Positions 8,200 to 15,719 of a stretch of DNA of 46,608 nucleotides are shown here, in pieces. The DNA comes from Candidatus Micrarchaeota archaeon (GTDB taxonomy: Archaea > Micrarchaeota > Micrarchaeia > Norongarragalinales > UBA8480), in the NCBI GenBank assembly GCA_964514805.1, contig CAZERP010000002.1:1-46608 (forward strand), in the 5' to 3' direction. The notes beneath the pieces were generated by a model. The model made no database searches, was not told where the DNA came from, and saw only the letters and a program-made list of their open reading frames with translations. Positions within the stretch are counted from its first letter, which is position 1, and each line of letters starts with the position of its first letter. The translations under genes were made by a program, and so were the position numbers.

Positions 8200-8909
8200 C
8201 GTAGTTTTCTTAGTTGGGTTTTGATCCATTCTTCTGCTTGGTAGTGGTGTTCGTATTTGCGTTCGTCTTGTTTGAATTCTGTTGTGTGTACTGTTCGTCT
8301 CATGGATTCTCCTCTTTGGTATTTGACGTCGTGTTTTGCGTGTAGTAGTTCGTGGAATATGACGTTTTCAATTGCGTATCTTGGTACCCGTGGGTCGTCG
8401 AATATACTTGATATGAATATCATGTGGTGCGCCGAGTCGTAGTAACCTAGTCGTCTTTTGCTTGCCGCAGGAGAGTAGCTTATTTCAGGTAGAGCGCCGA
8501 TTGGTTCGAATACGTTCCAATATTTGATGCTAATTTCTCGTAGGACTTCGTCCAAATTATAAAAAGAACCTTGTACTACTTTACGTCGTTTTCCGCGTTC
8601 TTTGCGTAGGGCTTCGTTGTGTTTGGCTACGCTTTCTCGTGACATGAATTCTTTGTAAGTGTCTATTTCTTTTTGTACTTGCACGGGGGGTTTGCGTTTA
8701 AACATCCTAAAAATTATTGAGAACGCCATACCGTCGAGTACTTCTTGGGGCGCGGAGTTGTACGCGTCTGAAATTGTTACGTCTAGTTCGTTTCCTTTGT
8801 AGGTTGCGCTGACTTGGTAGCCTGCTTTTTCTTTTACTTTAATGTTTACACTAGCTGTGTTGCCTAGTAGTAAAAGGGCACGTATGAAGGGTAGTTGGAA
8901 GTCAACCAT
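8196..8909 (-). CDS. SprT/YgjP(DUF45)-like zinc metallopeptidase
   Basis: 237 aa. HExxH in 'VIFHELLHAKHDV' is followed by 'HTTEFKQDERKYEHH' and preceded by 'RRLGYYDSAHHMIFIS', which is the layout of SprT/DUF45 proteins. It converges on the ATPase gene and overlaps its stop. Confidence 0.55.
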   Translation of the reverse strand: MVDFQLPFIRALLLLGNTASVNIKVKEKAGYQVSATYKGNELDVTISDAYNSAPQEVLDGMAFSIIFRMFKRKPPVQVQKEIDTYKEFMSRESVAKHNEALRKERGKRRKVVQGSFYNLDEVLREISIKYWNVFEPIGALPEISYSPAASKRRLGYYDSAHHMIFISSIFDDPRVPRYAIENVIFHELLHAKHDVKYQRGESMRRTVHTTEFKQDERKYEHHYQAEEWIKTQLRKLR

Positions 8910-8946
8910 ACTTGTTTATATGTATCGTTTTTTCTTGTATTTATTA

Positions 8947-9264
8947 GGGGCAGGTGGGTGAAGCGACTCACCGCTAGTTAAGATTAAAAAATCGAAGGAT
9001 TTTAACAGGGGAGGAACTTCTGCACACTCGATTCACACTTTAGAACTGTAATGGTTCTACACTGTAAGGGTGTTCCCGTGGGAACAGAAACGAGACCGCT
9101 TGACCACATAATGCTATGAGTCACCGTGCGAGCGCTTCAATGTGCGCAGCGGGTGAAACGCGCCTTTGGGAAAAGTTTTGCGAGTGCAAGGCGAGAAATT
9201 CGCCGCTTTATAGTCTAATGTCGCTAGCAAACGAACAGAATGCAGAGTACGACCCAACTGCCCC
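8947..9264 (+). ncRNA. rnpB: RNase P RNA (archaeal type-A-like)
   Basis: About 318 nt. The P1 closure pairs ggggcag (8947-8953) with ctgcccc (9258-9264). A CR-I-like 'gaggaacttctgca' (9011-9024) and a CR-V-like 'acagaatgcagagta' (9235-9249) are present. In these, ACU(U)CUGCA pairs with UGCAGAGU, giving a P4 helix with the conserved single bulged U. 'gggtgaaac' matches the J11/12 GGGUGAAA motif. The listed ORF 9116..9304 lies inside it. Confidence 0.8.
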
Positions 9265-9365
9265 TATTTTTCTAATTTTTTGGCTAGTTTCTAGCTTTTT
9301 TTAAACTTGGCATACCTACTAATTCTACTGTTAATTTTTGTAAATATTTGGAGTTAATTTTTCGT

Positions 9366-12038
9366 ATGTTATCTAAGGATGAATTAAAGAAGCAATTTGC
9401 TCGTGAGTCTTCGAAGTACTATAAGGTTCCTTTGTTTGACCGTGAGGGTTTTCAAAGGTTTGAGTGCCCTAAGTGCGGGAAGGGTTATTGGACTACTTTT
9501 GATACTGGGGATTGTGGTGATTCAAGTCACACTAAATATAGTTTTTTTAAGAAGAATCCTGGTAAAACTACATATGCTGAGTTTTGGAAGAAGACTAGTG
9601 ATTTTTGGAAGAAAAACGGACATGAAGTAATCGATAGGTACCCAACGGTATGCAGATGGCGAGACGACTTACCATTTACTATTGCATCCATTGTTGACTT
9701 TCAACGATTAGAACAAGGTAAAGTTGTTTTTGAGTATCCTGCAAATCCGCTTTTTGTTCCACAGATGTGCCTTCGTTTTCCTGACGTTGCAAACGTAGGA
9801 GTCACAGGCAGACACTTCACGTGTTTTATGATGGCAGGACAACACGCCTTCAACACTAATACCGAAAAGGGTTATTGGAAAGATGAATGTCTTGAACTTA
9901 ACTACAAGTATAACCGCGAGGTTCTAAACATTCCAAAAGATGAACTTATTTACGGCGAAGACGTTTGGAACATGCCAGACTTCTCTGCATTCGGTCCATG
10001 CATCGAAACATTTTCTAAAGGAAGCGAAATTGTAAATAGCGTTTTTATGCAATACCGCGCAACTCCAACCGGAGGATTCGAAGAGTTAGATACTAGAGTT
10101 ATTGACGTAGGTTGGGGATTTGAACGCCTTCTTTGGTATTCAAATGGTACACTTACTGCATACGATAGCGTATTCCCTAATGAAATTGAATTCATGAAGC
10201 AAAATGCTTCAATAGATTTAGATTACGACTTACAAACAAGATACAGTGAAATATCCGCAACCTTAGATGTAGAAAACGTTCACACTTTCAGAGAAGAAAA
10301 AAAGAAAATCGCGGCCACTCTTGGTTTAACTCCAGAAGAGCTCGAAAAGGGTATTGCGCCAATGCAAGCTATTTACGCAATCGCAGACCACACCCGTACA
10401 CTTCTATTCGCATTAAGTGATGGGGCGCTTCCATCAAACTCAGCTGGTGGTTATAACTTGCGTGTAATTACTCGCAGAGCATTATCTTTTATTGATAAAT
10501 ACAAATTCAATTTCTCATTGTATGACTTGTGTGCTATGCACGCAGACGACTTAAAACCGGTTTTCCCTGAATTAACTGAAAACCTTGCCAACGTTGAAAA
10601 AATTCTAGATGCGGAAAGACGTAAGTACGCAGACGCGCTAGAAAAAGGTCGCCGGGTTACTAGCGAAGCTATCAAGAAGAACCCAGTTATTTCTACGGAA
10701 CAAATGGCTACCATGTATGAGAGTAGTGGAATTACTCCGGAGTTAATTGAACAAGTTGCGCGTGAGATGAATGTTGAAGTTTCAGTGCCTTCTGATTTTT
10801 ACTCTACGTTAACTGCTAAGAATGTAATGGCAAAAGCGCAAAACACGGACGATGATAAGAAGCCTAAACTCGAACTAGATGTAAGTTCACTTGCACCGAC
10901 TAGAAGATTATACTATGAAGATCAAGATCTTGTTACGTGTACTGCTAAAGTTGTAGCAAAGAAAGATAACGTGCTAATTTTTGACCAGACGATTATGTAC
11001 CCACAAGGCGGTGGACAAGAATGGGACGAAGGAACCCTTGATGTAAAAGGAACTACGTTTAAGGTATATAATGTGCAGAAGTTAGGTCAAGTTATTTTAC
11101 ACTTCGTAGAAAAAGCACAAGTTGCAAAACTTGCAGAAGTTAACGTTGGAGATAAAGTTATAATTCATTTAGATAAAGAGCGCAGAGACGCATGTATGAA
11201 GCATCACAGTGCTACGCATACTATGATTGCAACGTGTCGTAATTATTTTGGTCCTCATGTTTGGCAATGCGGAGCACATAAATCAAAAGAAGATGGTCAT
11301 ATTGACTTTACTCATTTTGAAAAACCAACTCAAGCACAATTACAAGAACTTGAAACAAGAGCAAATGCAGTTATACGCGCCGCGTTAAACTTGAAGGTTG
11401 AAGAAATTAGTCGAAAGGATGCGGAAGCAGAACATGGCATGCGATTATACCAGGGCGGAGGAGCAGTAGGAAAGATCATTCGTATTGTAACGATTCCTGG
11501 TCTTGACGTTGAAGCTTGCGGAGGCACTCACGTACATAACACGAGTGAAATGAACTTCATTAAAATTAGCAGCTGCGAGCAAATCCAAGACGGAGTAATT
11601 CGCTTGACTTACAAAGCAGCAATACCCGCGATTATTTACATTCAGGATCAAGAAAATTTAATCTTAAAAACTGCAGACACTTTAGGTTCACCTAAAGGGG
11701 ATATTGCTAAAAGCGCGGCGAAATTCGTAGGAGAATGGGAAGTTCAACGCAAACAAATTGACAAACTAACCGAGAAGTTAGCTGAATTAACCGCAGAAAG
11801 TTTACTCTCACGAAGCGATGACGTCATTGAGTACAAAGATGAGAATTTGGACGCTAAACTTGGAGAAAAAATTGCTAACACAGTCGGCGATAAAGGCAAA
11901 AACATCGTTTTAATCGGCAAGGACGGTTTTATTGTAGTACGCACAAATGGTACTCCAAACGCACTTGAACTTCTAAAAAGTAAAGGAGCTAAGGGCGGTG
12001 GAAGCGACAAATACGCACGAGGCAAAATAAACAAATGA
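9366..12038 (+). CDS. alaS: alanine--tRNA ligase (archaeal type)
   Basis: N-terminal 'FECPKCGKGYWTT', 'RWRDDLPFTIASIVDFQ', 'GRHFTCFMMAGQHAF', 'VIDVGWGFERLLW', and editing-domain metal ligands 'HSATH' and 'CGGTHV'. I prefer the ATG at 9366 over the track start at 9348. Confidence 0.95.
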   Translation: MLSKDELKKQFARESSKYYKVPLFDREGFQRFECPKCGKGYWTTFDTGDCGDSSHTKYSFFKKNPGKTTYAEFWKKTSDFWKKNGHEVIDRYPTVCRWRDDLPFTIASIVDFQRLEQGKVVFEYPANPLFVPQMCLRFPDVANVGVTGRHFTCFMMAGQHAFNTNTEKGYWKDECLELNYKYNREVLNIPKDELIYGEDVWNMPDFSAFGPCIETFSKGSEIVNSVFMQYRATPTGGFEELDTRVIDVGWGFERLLWYSNGTLTAYDSVFPNEIEFMKQNASIDLDYDLQTRYSEISATLDVENVHTFREEKKKIAATLGLTPEELEKGIAPMQAIYAIADHTRTLLFALSDGALPSNSAGGYNLRVITRRALSFIDKYKFNFSLYDLCAMHADDLKPVFPELTENLANVEKILDAERRKYADALEKGRRVTSEAIKKNPVISTEQMATMYESSGITPELIEQVAREMNVEVSVPSDFYSTLTAKNVMAKAQNTDDDKKPKLELDVSSLAPTRRLYYEDQDLVTCTAKVVAKKDNVLIFDQTIMYPQGGGQEWDEGTLDVKGTTFKVYNVQKLGQVILHFVEKAQVAKLAEVNVGDKVIIHLDKERRDACMKHHSATHTMIATCRNYFGPHVWQCGAHKSKEDGHIDFTHFEKPTQAQLQELETRANAVIRAALNLKVEEISRKDAEAEHGMRLYQGGGAVGKIIRIVTIPGLDVEACGGTHVHNTSEMNFIKISSCEQIQDGVIRLTYKAAIPAIIYIQDQENLILKTADTLGSPKGDIAKSAAKFVGEWEVQRKQIDKLTEKLAELTAESLLSRSDDVIEYKDENLDAKLGEKIANTVGDKGKNIVLIGKDGFIVVRTNGTPNALELLKSKGAKGGGSDKYARGKINK

Positions 12039-12379
12039 AGTTATATTTTGCTCATTCAAGTGAAATTAATTACAAAGAAATATACGCCGCACTAGAAGGT
12101 AGTTTTGGCAAAGAACATGAGTTAATTTTACCTCATAAAAGTAAAGCAGTCAACTCAAAGGACACTATTACCAGTTGCGATTTATTCATCGCCGAATGTT
12201 CTCTACCCTCTACTGGAATGGGTATTGAAATTGGATGGGCAAACGCCGCAGATGTACCAGTGGTTTTTGTTTACAAAAAAGGAAGTAAAATTTCATCTTC
12301 TTTAAAATTTGTTTCTAAAGAATTTATTGAATATACGACCTTATCTGATTTAGTTGAAAAGTTAGAGAAATACATTTAG
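12035..12379 (+). CDS. nucleoside 2-deoxyribosyltransferase-like fold protein
   Basis: 114 aa. 'MKLYFAH' plus 'CDLFIAECSLPSTGMGIEIGWANAADVPVVFV' resembles the D..G..fE.G.A...gkPv core of the Nuc_deoxyrib_tr-like family. Its start overlaps the alaS stop (ATGA). Confidence 0.5.
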   Translation: MKLYFAHSSEINYKEIYAALEGSFGKEHELILPHKSKAVNSKDTITSCDLFIAECSLPSTGMGIEIGWANAADVPVVFVYKKGSKISSSLKFVSKEFIEYTTLSDLVEKLEKYI

Positions 12380-13003
12380 CTATATGTATTGTTGTATTCC
12401 TGCGGTGAATAGTAATAGTAGGATTGTCCAGGCGTAGTCGCCTTGTGCGCCGTTGAATATTTTTTCACGCAACTGTGCAAAGAATAGCAGCGGATAGGCA
12501 ACTGGTACGTAAAAAATCACTGCGATTAATGAATCTAGTGGCCCGGATGTTTTCCATAGGGCGTCGATTGATTTTTCGGCTACTTTTAAATCTGGAACAG
12601 ATGGATTAGCATGCATTGCGGTTGAAAATCCAAGCCATAGCCAAAAAATGGCCATTAGTACATCCGGATTACCTAGCGAGTGGAAGAATTGGTCAAAAAA
12701 CGCAATTGCGATTATTGTACCGATTAGCATTGGCGCGGTTGAAATTAAAATTAGTGGAAATAAACTGTTTGGTTTGAATGTTACGGATGCTTGTTTTGCG
12801 CCGAAAAGGGATGAACCGATTATTTTGCCCCCTGTAATAATGATTAGGAAGTAGTGTGTTAGTTCGTGTATTACTACTCCGGGGAATGTAACGTTCCAAA
12901 GAGACGGGAATTTTAGTTCCATTGTGGTTTCTTTTGAGTGTAGCGTTTTAAAATTAGCTTCTTTGCGCGGTGTTGGTTCATCGTCTTCGAATTCTCTTCG
13001 CAT
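12380..13003 (-). CDS. membrane protein with HExxH motif (DUF3267-like putative zincin)
   Basis: 207 aa. 'VVIHELTHYFLIIITGG' sits at the start of the first of about 5 hydrophobic segments. The gene lies 1 nt downstream of the YbaK-like gene on the same strand. Confidence 0.5.
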   Translation of the reverse strand: MRREFEDDEPTPRKEANFKTLHSKETTMELKFPSLWNVTFPGVVIHELTHYFLIIITGGKIIGSSLFGAKQASVTFKPNSLFPLILISTAPMLIGTIIAIAFFDQFFHSLGNPDVLMAIFWLWLGFSTAMHANPSVPDLKVAEKSIDALWKTSGPLDSLIAVIFYVPVAYPLLFFAQLREKIFNGAQGDYAWTILLLLFTAGIQQYI

Positions 13004-13004
13004 A

Positions 13005-13499
13005 CTAGTTTTGACCTTTGATTGAGAAGTTTACGAATTTGGCTTTTAGTGTTTCGAATACTTTACGCAAATCTGTGGACTTAATGCGAATGGATACTAC
13101 GTGTCTGCCTGCGTTGAATTCATTGTATTCTTGTTCAAATATTGCTTCGTCGACGTAGAGTGGTATGAAGTTTAAGTGTCCAAATGGCGGTACGCTACCT
13201 ATTTCGCAGCCTGTGATTTGTGCTACTTCTTTTGGCGGCGCCATTTCAAGCTTTTTAGAACCACTAATAGTTCTTAGTACGTCGAGGTCTGCTTTTCTGT
13301 CTGCGGGTAAGTCTGCGATTATGTATGTACCAGTTTGGCGGTCTTTTAAGCATAGGCTTTTGACTCCTTCAGACAATCTTCCGCCTCTTGCTGCTGCGGC
13401 TTGGGCGCTGTTCATCACAGCCTCGTGTTCTTTTACTTCGTAGGGCAGTTTGAGGTAATCTAGGAGTTTTTTCATTTTTTCAAATTCTAATTGCGACAT
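13005..13499 (-). CDS. YbaK/ProX-type aminoacyl-tRNA deacylase
   Basis: 164 aa. 'GVKSLCLKD', 'KKLEMAPPKEVAQITGCEIGSVPPFG' and 'NAGRHVVSI' fit the YbaK/EbsC trans-editing domain. Confidence 0.8.
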   Translation of the reverse strand: MSQLEFEKMKKLLDYLKLPYEVKEHEAVMNSAQAAAARGGRLSEGVKSLCLKDRQTGTYIIADLPADRKADLDVLRTISGSKKLEMAPPKEVAQITGCEIGSVPPFGHLNFIPLYVDEAIFEQEYNEFNAGRHVVSIRIKSTDLRKVFETLKAKFVNFSIKGQN

Positions 13500-13606
13500 T
13501 TTTCGTATTCACGTTTAATTTTTAAGGGTGGCAAAGTATTTATACGCTCTAAAATTAACTCTTATACGTAAAAAACGTTGAATAGTTTAGGAGTGTTCGT
13601 ATAAAC

Positions 13607-13966
13607 ATGGTAATGAAAAAAAGTAGTAAATCAATGAAATCTGACAAGATGTGTTGTGATGACGCTGGAATGAATTGTTGCAGCGGTGATAAAATGTGTC
13701 ATCACTGTACTGAACATTCACTTCCTAAGTGCGCGGCTATGGGTTGCGCTTTTGGTGGAGCATATTTGCTTAGCGTTTTAGTAGCGTGGCTCGCGCCAAG
13801 TTTTCATAATTACCTTTGGAAAGTAATGTTTCACGGAAGCTTAACTGTAATGCCGGGCGATTTTTCAGTCGCAACAGTAGTAGCTGGGCTCGTAGCATGG
13901 TTCATAGTAGGTTTTGTTCTTAAGTTCTTGTTCTTCCACGGTAAAAAGTGGTGGGGCTGCGAATAA
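13607..13966 (+). CDS. Cys/His-rich N-terminus plus two-TM membrane protein, unknown family
   Basis: 119 aa. The N-terminal stretch 'KMCCDDAGMNCCSGDKMCHHCTEHSLPKCAAMGC' is followed by hydrophobic segments. An SD-like aggagtg lies 11 nt upstream, and a pyrimidine-rich tract (13971-13998) follows the stop. Confidence 0.6.
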   Translation: MVMKKSSKSMKSDKMCCDDAGMNCCSGDKMCHHCTEHSLPKCAAMGCAFGGAYLLSVLVAWLAPSFHNYLWKVMFHGSLTVMPGDFSVATVVAGLVAWFIVGFVLKFLFFHGKKWWGCE

Positions 13967-14006
13967 AAATTTTTTAATTCCCTTCTTCTCTTTTTTTTAA
14001 ATAGTC

Positions 14007-14825
14007 TTATTCTTGGTTTAATGGCTCGCCGTTTTCATCGAATAGCCAATTTGTCCCTGGCTTAGTTAATTTGTTTGGCTCAAATCCGACATTGTTTCTT
14101 TTAAGTTCGTGATACAAAGCGATCATGCTTTGACGATGTAAATAGGTTTTTAGTAAATTATATTCTTCCGGGTGCTCACGAGAGTTAAATTGGTGCGTGG
14201 TTTGAGATTCAGCTATTCCATCTTCTATTGGTACTACTCGGATAGCTTTTAGATTAGGCACTAGTTCTAAAAGTTGTTTGCTTCTACGTCCGCGTGTGAA
14301 TCCTAGTCGGTTGCGATCTCCCGGACTTGAAGGAATTTCTTCATCTAGTGTTGAGTCTTTAGATGTGAATGCCCGGTCGGGTATTTTGTATGAATGCCTA
14401 ACTGATATTGTGCCGTCTTTGTTGTCGAATACTTTAACGATTATTTCTTTGTCCGCGGCGAATTGTTCTTTTTTAACTTCTCGTAGTATTTCTTTGAATG
14501 TTGGGTGTAAATGAAGTGGTTTTTGATTTCGGGCTATTCCTCTGAGTTCTATTAGTGATATTAGTTCATCTACCGGTAAGTGTAATCGAGTTATTACTTC
14601 TAGGGGCACTTCGCCGTTTCCAGTGCGTGGCACTTCGGGTGCTAATTCTTCGGGGGCGTGGCGTATTTTTGAGGGGGTAGTTGTAGCGTGAGTGATTAGT
14701 ACGGGCCAGTGATCGTGATCGAATGAAATTGTGTGCCCAGTTACGACCATAAATGGGCTTAGTTCTTGTTCGTGTCGTCGTATTTTAGCATATAGGCCGT
14801 TAAATGTCAATTTTTTTCTATTCAC
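14007..14825 (-). CDS. hypothetical His-rich protein (272 aa), downstream gene of overlapping pair
   Basis: Long ORF in the minus-strand codon dialect. It overlaps the upstream gene by 8 nt. No recognisable family. Confidence 0.65.
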   Translation of the reverse strand: MNRKKLTFNGLYAKIRRHEQELSPFMVVTGHTISFDHDHWPVLITHATTTPSKIRHAPEELAPEVPRTGNGEVPLEVITRLHLPVDELISLIELRGIARNQKPLHLHPTFKEILREVKKEQFAADKEIIVKVFDNKDGTISVRHSYKIPDRAFTSKDSTLDEEIPSSPGDRNRLGFTRGRRSKQLLELVPNLKAIRVVPIEDGIAESQTTHQFNSREHPEEYNLLKTYLHRQSMIALYHELKRNNVGFEPNKLTKPGTNWLFDENGEPLNQE

Positions 14826-15474
14826 TTCTTTTGAATGGCGCGCCTATTCGACTTAATGCGACTCTGTGTTCTTTTATTCTTAGGTGCATAGCATGCATTT
14901 GTAGTGCTTTTAGGAGTGGACCAGTTGCGCGGATGTATTTAGTATATGCGTGCATTACGTTTACGCCGCCGTCGAATGTTTCGTGGTGTCCTAGTAGTTC
15001 TTCTATTGAGCTTTCGTCACTGGCGTTTGGTCCATCTAGTGTTGAATCGTCGATGTGGTCCATTGTTTCGTCAATAGACATTGTGTCAGTTTGGTGGCGT
15101 ACTGGTTTGAAGTAGAAGTGAGTTATTTCGAAGGTGTTGTTTTTTATTTGTTTGACTTTTACGTGAACTAAGTTTTTTCCTGCGATTGGTGTGATTAAAC
15201 CGTGCATTTCTTTAGTTTCTTTGAATTTACGTAAGTCAGGTAATTCAACGACGGGGTTGTCGTGTAGTTCTTTTAATGCCGCTACTTCTTTACGCGGAAG
15301 TTGAATTGGAATTTCTAATTCTTTTGGATTTGCCCCGGCTAGAGTGGAAGTGAATTGTACTAATTTAGCCCCTTTACCCGGAACAAATGTTACGTACAAG
15401 CGGTTGATTTTTTCAGTTGGCGCTATTGAACGCCTGGCATTTTGTATGTGTTCATGTAATGTTTGAAATTGCAT
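14818..15474 (-). CDS. hypothetical His-rich protein (218 aa), upstream gene of overlapping pair
   Basis: ATG-initiated ORF starting 40 nt downstream of the tRNA 3-prime end on the same strand. No recognisable family. Confidence 0.65.
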   Translation of the reverse strand: MQFQTLHEHIQNARRSIAPTEKINRLYVTFVPGKGAKLVQFTSTLAGANPKELEIPIQLPRKEVAALKELHDNPVVELPDLRKFKETKEMHGLITPIAGKNLVHVKVKQIKNNTFEITHFYFKPVRHQTDTMSIDETMDHIDDSTLDGPNASDESSIEELLGHHETFDGGVNVMHAYTKYIRATGPLLKALQMHAMHLRIKEHRVALSRIGAPFKRSE

Positions 15475-15514
15475 GTTTTAATCTATTAGTAGTAAGGGCG
15501 AGTGTGTTTTTAAG

Positions 15515-15649
15515 TGCCGCGGGCGAGATTTGAACACGCGACCTCCAGATGGCTCAAGCGCTCAAGTTATTCTAAACCAGCATAGATTTGGTTATTCTAA
15601 GTTGGTTTACTTTATGAGTCTGGCGCTCCACCGACTAAGCTACCGCGGC
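15515..15649 (-). tRNA. tRNA(CAU) (Met or Ile2) with a 62-nt intron at the canonical 37/38 position
   Basis: The reverse strand reads GCCGCGG-TA-GCTT-AGTCGGTG-GAGC-G-CCAGA-CTCATA[intron]A-TCTGG-AGGTC-GCGTG-TTCAAAT-CTCGC-CCGCGGC-A. The exons total 73 nt. The CAT anticodon is the complement of 15614-15616. There is one U52-U62 mismatch in the T stem. Confidence 0.85.
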
Positions 15650-15719
15650 ACTTAATTTGTTTTTAGCGTTAAAATTAGTAATATTTCTTAGGAATGTGTG
15701 GTTATAAAAAACGTTTCTT

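Noticed and set aside
8947-9264. Alternative reading of the structured RNA as SRP (7S) RNA
   Set aside because: GAGGAA, ACAGAA, GGGUGAAAC and the P4 pairing with a bulged U are RNase P hallmarks. I saw no SRP helix-8-type motif. This is not verified with a covariance model.
9116-9304. 62-aa + strand ORF from the track
   Set aside because: It lies entirely inside the region that folds as RNase P RNA (P1, P4, CR-I and CR-V elements). It has no SD-like site and no protein-like features.
15560-15612. Short direct repeats ('ttagaataac' x2, 'cttgagc' x2) as a possible mini-CRISPR or tandem repeat
   Set aside because: They lie inside the tRNA intron, have only two copies each, and are far too short and irregular for a CRISPR array.
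14007-15649. Integrated mobile element at the 3-prime end of tRNA(CAU)
   Set aside because: I could find no integrase or recombinase, no duplicated copy of the tRNA 3-prime segment (att-like repeat) downstream, and no compositional break relative to the neighbours.
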